A stretch of 55,622 nt of DNA from Octopus bimaculoides (taxonomy: Eukaryota): positions 14,784,688 to 14,840,309 of the forward strand of contig NC_068996.1 of NCBI RefSeq assembly GCF_001194135.2, in the 5' to 3' direction. The translations under genes and the position numbers were made by a program. A model generated the notes under the pieces. It was not told where the DNA came from, did no database searches, and was given only the letters and a program-made list of their open reading frames with translations. Positions within the stretch are counted from its first letter, which is position 1, and each line of letters opens with the position of its first letter. Positions 51,380 to 55,622 of this stretch are shown here, in pieces.

Positions 51380-51844
51380 CGGTGGTTCTCAACCATTTTT
51401 AAATTTTATGGACCCTGTGGATTCCTATTCCACTTGGTTGGACCTTCATAGACATTCGATGTGTACAAAAAAAAATATCTTACTGTATATTTATAAGTAA
51501 ATGTTATTAGGAATTCTTTCCTTTGGGCCTCCGTCGGTCATGGGTGACCATGGATGATGTCATCCGACCGTTGAGTTGTCTATTCAGCTTTTGCAACGTC
51601 TCCTGTGGCTGCAGAGATCGATGCAAGAGTGGCAGTCTCGTTTGCAGAGGTCACACCTATACGTTGAATCCAGTCTGTTGGAATTATATTTAAAAAAAAA
51701 AATAGATATTTTGTGAATTGTAGCAGTGCAACCAATTTAATGTAATTTTAGAACAAAATCTTATATTCACCATTGAAGACCATTTGGAACCCAAAGGCCA
51801 TATAGATCCTCAAGGGCCATGTGGACCCCGGTTGAGAACCGCTG
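51380..51844. mobile_element. hAT (Charlie/MER5-like) MITE
   Basis: TIRs cggtggttctcaacc / ggttgagaaccgctg, subterminal ggaccc(t/c) repeats, degenerate 8-bp TSD atttacac / attttctc. Confidence 0.8.
51516..51679 (-). mobile_element. 5'-truncated RTE 3' end nested in the hAT MITE
   Basis: Minus strand YRCDLCKRDCHSCIDLCSHRRRCKS* then ccatggtc...gaccgacggaggcc; ggaatt duplicated at 51510-51515 and 51680-51685. Confidence 0.75.
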
Positions 51845-52564
51845 ATTTTCTCTAGCAAAGAGACATTATATGTGTTTTTTGGTGGGGATGAGTCCGTCGT
51901 TTACAGATGAGATCAGCTTTCTGTATTCCAGCAGTTAAATGGACAACTATTGGCACTTCGATCTACCGAGGCTGGTGTGCTGTTACAACCAAGTTAAAAC
52001 AGACTAAATTAATTAACATTTTGAAAATTTATAAATGCAGATAATGATTTCTTCGTGGTTGATGTTATTTCGGTGAAATCGTAGACGTCTGTGAAATTGC
52101 TTAGAGAATAGTTGAAATACACACAGTACCGCATTATCATCAATCTGTTCAGCCATAAATAATGTCAAACCAAAGATGATTTTAAAGTTAGTAGCTGGCG
52201 TTTGTGTCACACAATCTTGAATATTAGCTTATATTTATGATATAGTATTCTTTAAAAAAAAATTATGGGTTTTTCGGGACACAGAGATTGTTTCCAAAGA
52301 TCGGTTTAACGACCTACCCAAAACAGGAGTATGCTAGAGCAATGACCTATATATGTTTTTAAATATTTTGACTAGAGAGGAAGAGGAAATAGACACATCA
52401 TTGTCAGATTTTCATAAATAAAGGATTATGGGAAAATGGCATGTGTTAATTCACTTACAGTGCAGTTTCATTTATTAAAGATCAATAATTGAAACTGAAA
52501 TGTGGGATCGGATAAAAAATAATCGTAGGTAGATCTTAAAGGTAATGTTTTAAGATACTTTTAC

Positions 52565-53397
52565 CTTTTATTTGATTCTGTCGTTACTCCGACGCCATAC
52601 TGGCCTTGAAGAATTTTAGTGGAACGAATCAACCGCAGCACTTACATACTTCTTAAGCCCAGTACTTATTCTTTTTTGCTGAACCACTAGATTACGGAGT
52701 CGCAAACACACCAAGATCGGTTTCAAGCGGTGTGCGTGTGTGTGTGGGGGGGGGGACAGTCACAGGCACAAAGACTTGTACGAAGTACATACATACATAC
52801 ATACATACATACATACATGCGTACATACATATATAAATACATACATACATGCATGCATACATACATAAATACATACATACATAAATACATACATACATAC
52901 ATGCATGCATACATACAAGCATACATACATAGATACATACATGACTACATACATACATACATGCATACATGCATACATACATACATACATACATACATAC
53001 ATACATACATAAATACATACATACATGCATACATACATGCATACATAAATACATACATACATACATAAATAAATACATACATACGTGCATACATACATGT
53101 ATACATAAATACATACATGCATGCATGCATACATAGATACATACATAGATACATACATGCATACATACATGCATACATACATATATGCATACATACATAC
53201 ATACATACATGCATACATGCATACATACATGCATGCATACATACATACATACATACATACTAAATCCACTCACAAAGCTTTGGTTGGCTAGAAGCTATGA
53301 TTGAAGTAGTGGAAAACATCCGCACAAGGTGCCACGCAGTGGGATTGAAACCGTAATCATGCAGTTTCGAAGCAAACTTCTTACCACAGCCACACCC
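52565..53397 (-). mobile_element. SINE family A with ~480-bp expanded internal (TACA/TGCA)n
   Basis: Head at 53260-53397 and tail at 52565-52780 match family A; the microsatellite ~52783-53260 sits at the usual internal position. Confidence 0.88.
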
Positions 53398-54286
53398 GTG
53401 CACATGTAAATGTTCATGAGAATCAGCAAGTTCGAATGATTTAGATAAATACGGTGAACAAGAATTTAGTTTGAAGCAACACGGGGACACAATAAAGATC
53501 GAAAAGTATTTTTAAAATTATAGAGAGAAATATAAAATGGACACAGACACATAAACGTGACAGTTGCAAGAATATCGCCGTGATTTGACCATTCCTAAAT
53601 GTTAATGCATTGGCCATTATTGATTGCACTTGCAATGCTTGTGTCATTTATTTATCCTTTCGTCTCCAAATATATATTGAGATTGCTATGGTGACGTATT
53701 GATAACGAACAGAATGTTCAGCAGGTAAAGGTGTCTTTTGAATGGTCAATGTATACGTCCAGATTATCTGAATGAAGTGTTTATTGGTATTGGTGAAAGC
53801 ATACTAGGCTACAATAAACAATTGCCGTTCAAAATTAGTTCCATAGTTCAGCAGCTGTATGCCAGCTCCTTTTGCCCTTCATAAGATCACGATATTTTCA
53901 CAGCATAGCATTTGCGGACTGTGATCATCTTACCGTGGGCAACTGAATCTCGCATTTATATGCTTTACTGGAATAATATTGGCCAATTTATAAAATGATT
54001 GCCGAAAAGAAGAAGGAATTCATAGTCAATATAAATGTTATAAAATGACTTGCAACATATGGAATTAATCTTTCTATTGTCCTAGGGTCAAGGCTTGTTC
54101 TTTTGGTGAATACTTAAAGTTTCTTTTTTTATTTTTCAATTACATTTCACTCATTAGTTAACCGCAACTTCTTCCTAATAAACTGATAACGAGAGACATT
54201 TCAGAGCCGGCTTCACACACGACAGGCCAATACACACACATAGACATATACACAAGCACACATTTATCGAAACATGCACACGCACG

Positions 54287-54339
<53 letters not shown>

Positions 54340-54469
54340 ACGCACACACACACACACACACACAAAGAGATACAGATGCATATTATCAGACACATGTATA
54401 TCTAAGCATACAAATGGCTTCACTTACAGAGGATGAATAACTACAGATATGATAAGGCTAACAACACCA

Positions 54470-54830
<361 letters not shown>

Positions 54831-55164
54831 TGATCTAGAAGAATAATATCAAGGTGATGATTGGATTAATAATTTACTGGCATTAATGAAGCTTTTGAAT
54901 GGTCGAACGCTTCGGTAAGCAATGTTTATTGGTGCTCAACGATCCTGCGATTTTCTATTGGTTTCCATATTGACTATGGCTACATCGCCACCTATGTGTG
55001 AATGATGTTTTGGAAGTATGTATTTATGAATGAATGCACACATGTATGTGTTTGTATGAATGACGTTTGTAAGCCCATTTGAAACAATGTACGTATGTAT
55101 GTATGTTTGTATGTATATATGTATGAACGCATGTATGTATCTATCAATTTATATATGTATATGT

Positions 55165-55259
<95 letters not shown>

Positions 55260-55500
55260 TATGGATAATATATATACACATATGTATCTGTATATATATA
55301 TAGTGTATATGTATATATACATTCATAGACATATATACACGCACACGCGCGCGCACATGCACACGCACATATACAAACATACACACTCAGATATATAAGC
55401 ATATGTTCATGTATCCTTCTAGCGAGATATACAGACGTTTACGCACATATACAGATATTCATCTCCCTCTCATATACATTATATATATAATTTATATATA

Positions 55501-55622
55501 TGAGCGTAGGCTCGAAACGTAAAAGACTTTCTCACTTCCCGAGCGTTAAACAAATATATCTGTTTGTTGTTCACATTCCCGTCTTCGTCTTTTGTTTTTG
55601 TGTAAATTCTCACTATATATAT
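55501..55622 (+). mobile_element. 5'-truncated PLE-type terminal fragment with hammerhead 3' half
   Basis: [GAGC guag GCUC]-GAAA-CG-UA-AAAGAC; same family as 13734-13830. Confidence 0.6.

Overview
Gap-rich (16 N-gaps), AT- and microsatellite-rich eukaryotic DNA. The SINE families and (TA/TG/TACA/CAT/AAT)n landscape look like a draft octopus (coleoid cephalopod) assembly; this is an inference, not a database result. Most of the window is decayed mobile DNA: at least four tRNA-derived SINE families (four copies with clean 11-14 bp TSDs), remnants of CR1/L2-like, RTE, Ingi-like, RLE (HERO-like) and Penelope-like (PLE) retroelements, Tc1 and mariner transposase fragments, and a hAT-type MITE. No intact TE ORF, rRNA, bona fide tRNA or CRISPR was found. 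Nearly all long ORFs in the supplied track are artefacts of N-runs or simple repeats. Main points of interest: (1) six minimal type-I hammerhead-ribozyme-like cores from about five unrelated repeat families, including one forming the 3' module of a TSD-flanked tRNA-derived SINE and one at the apex of a 388-bp palindrome; (2) a degraded L1/Tx1-type ORF1 (RRM-like + CCHC) ending in a hairpin-AATAAA tail with no ORF2; (3) a phase-consistent chain of three short minus-strand exons (36, 29, 54/120 nt) suggesting the window lies in large introns of an unidentified host gene; (4) fold-back inverted duplications beside an assembly gap.
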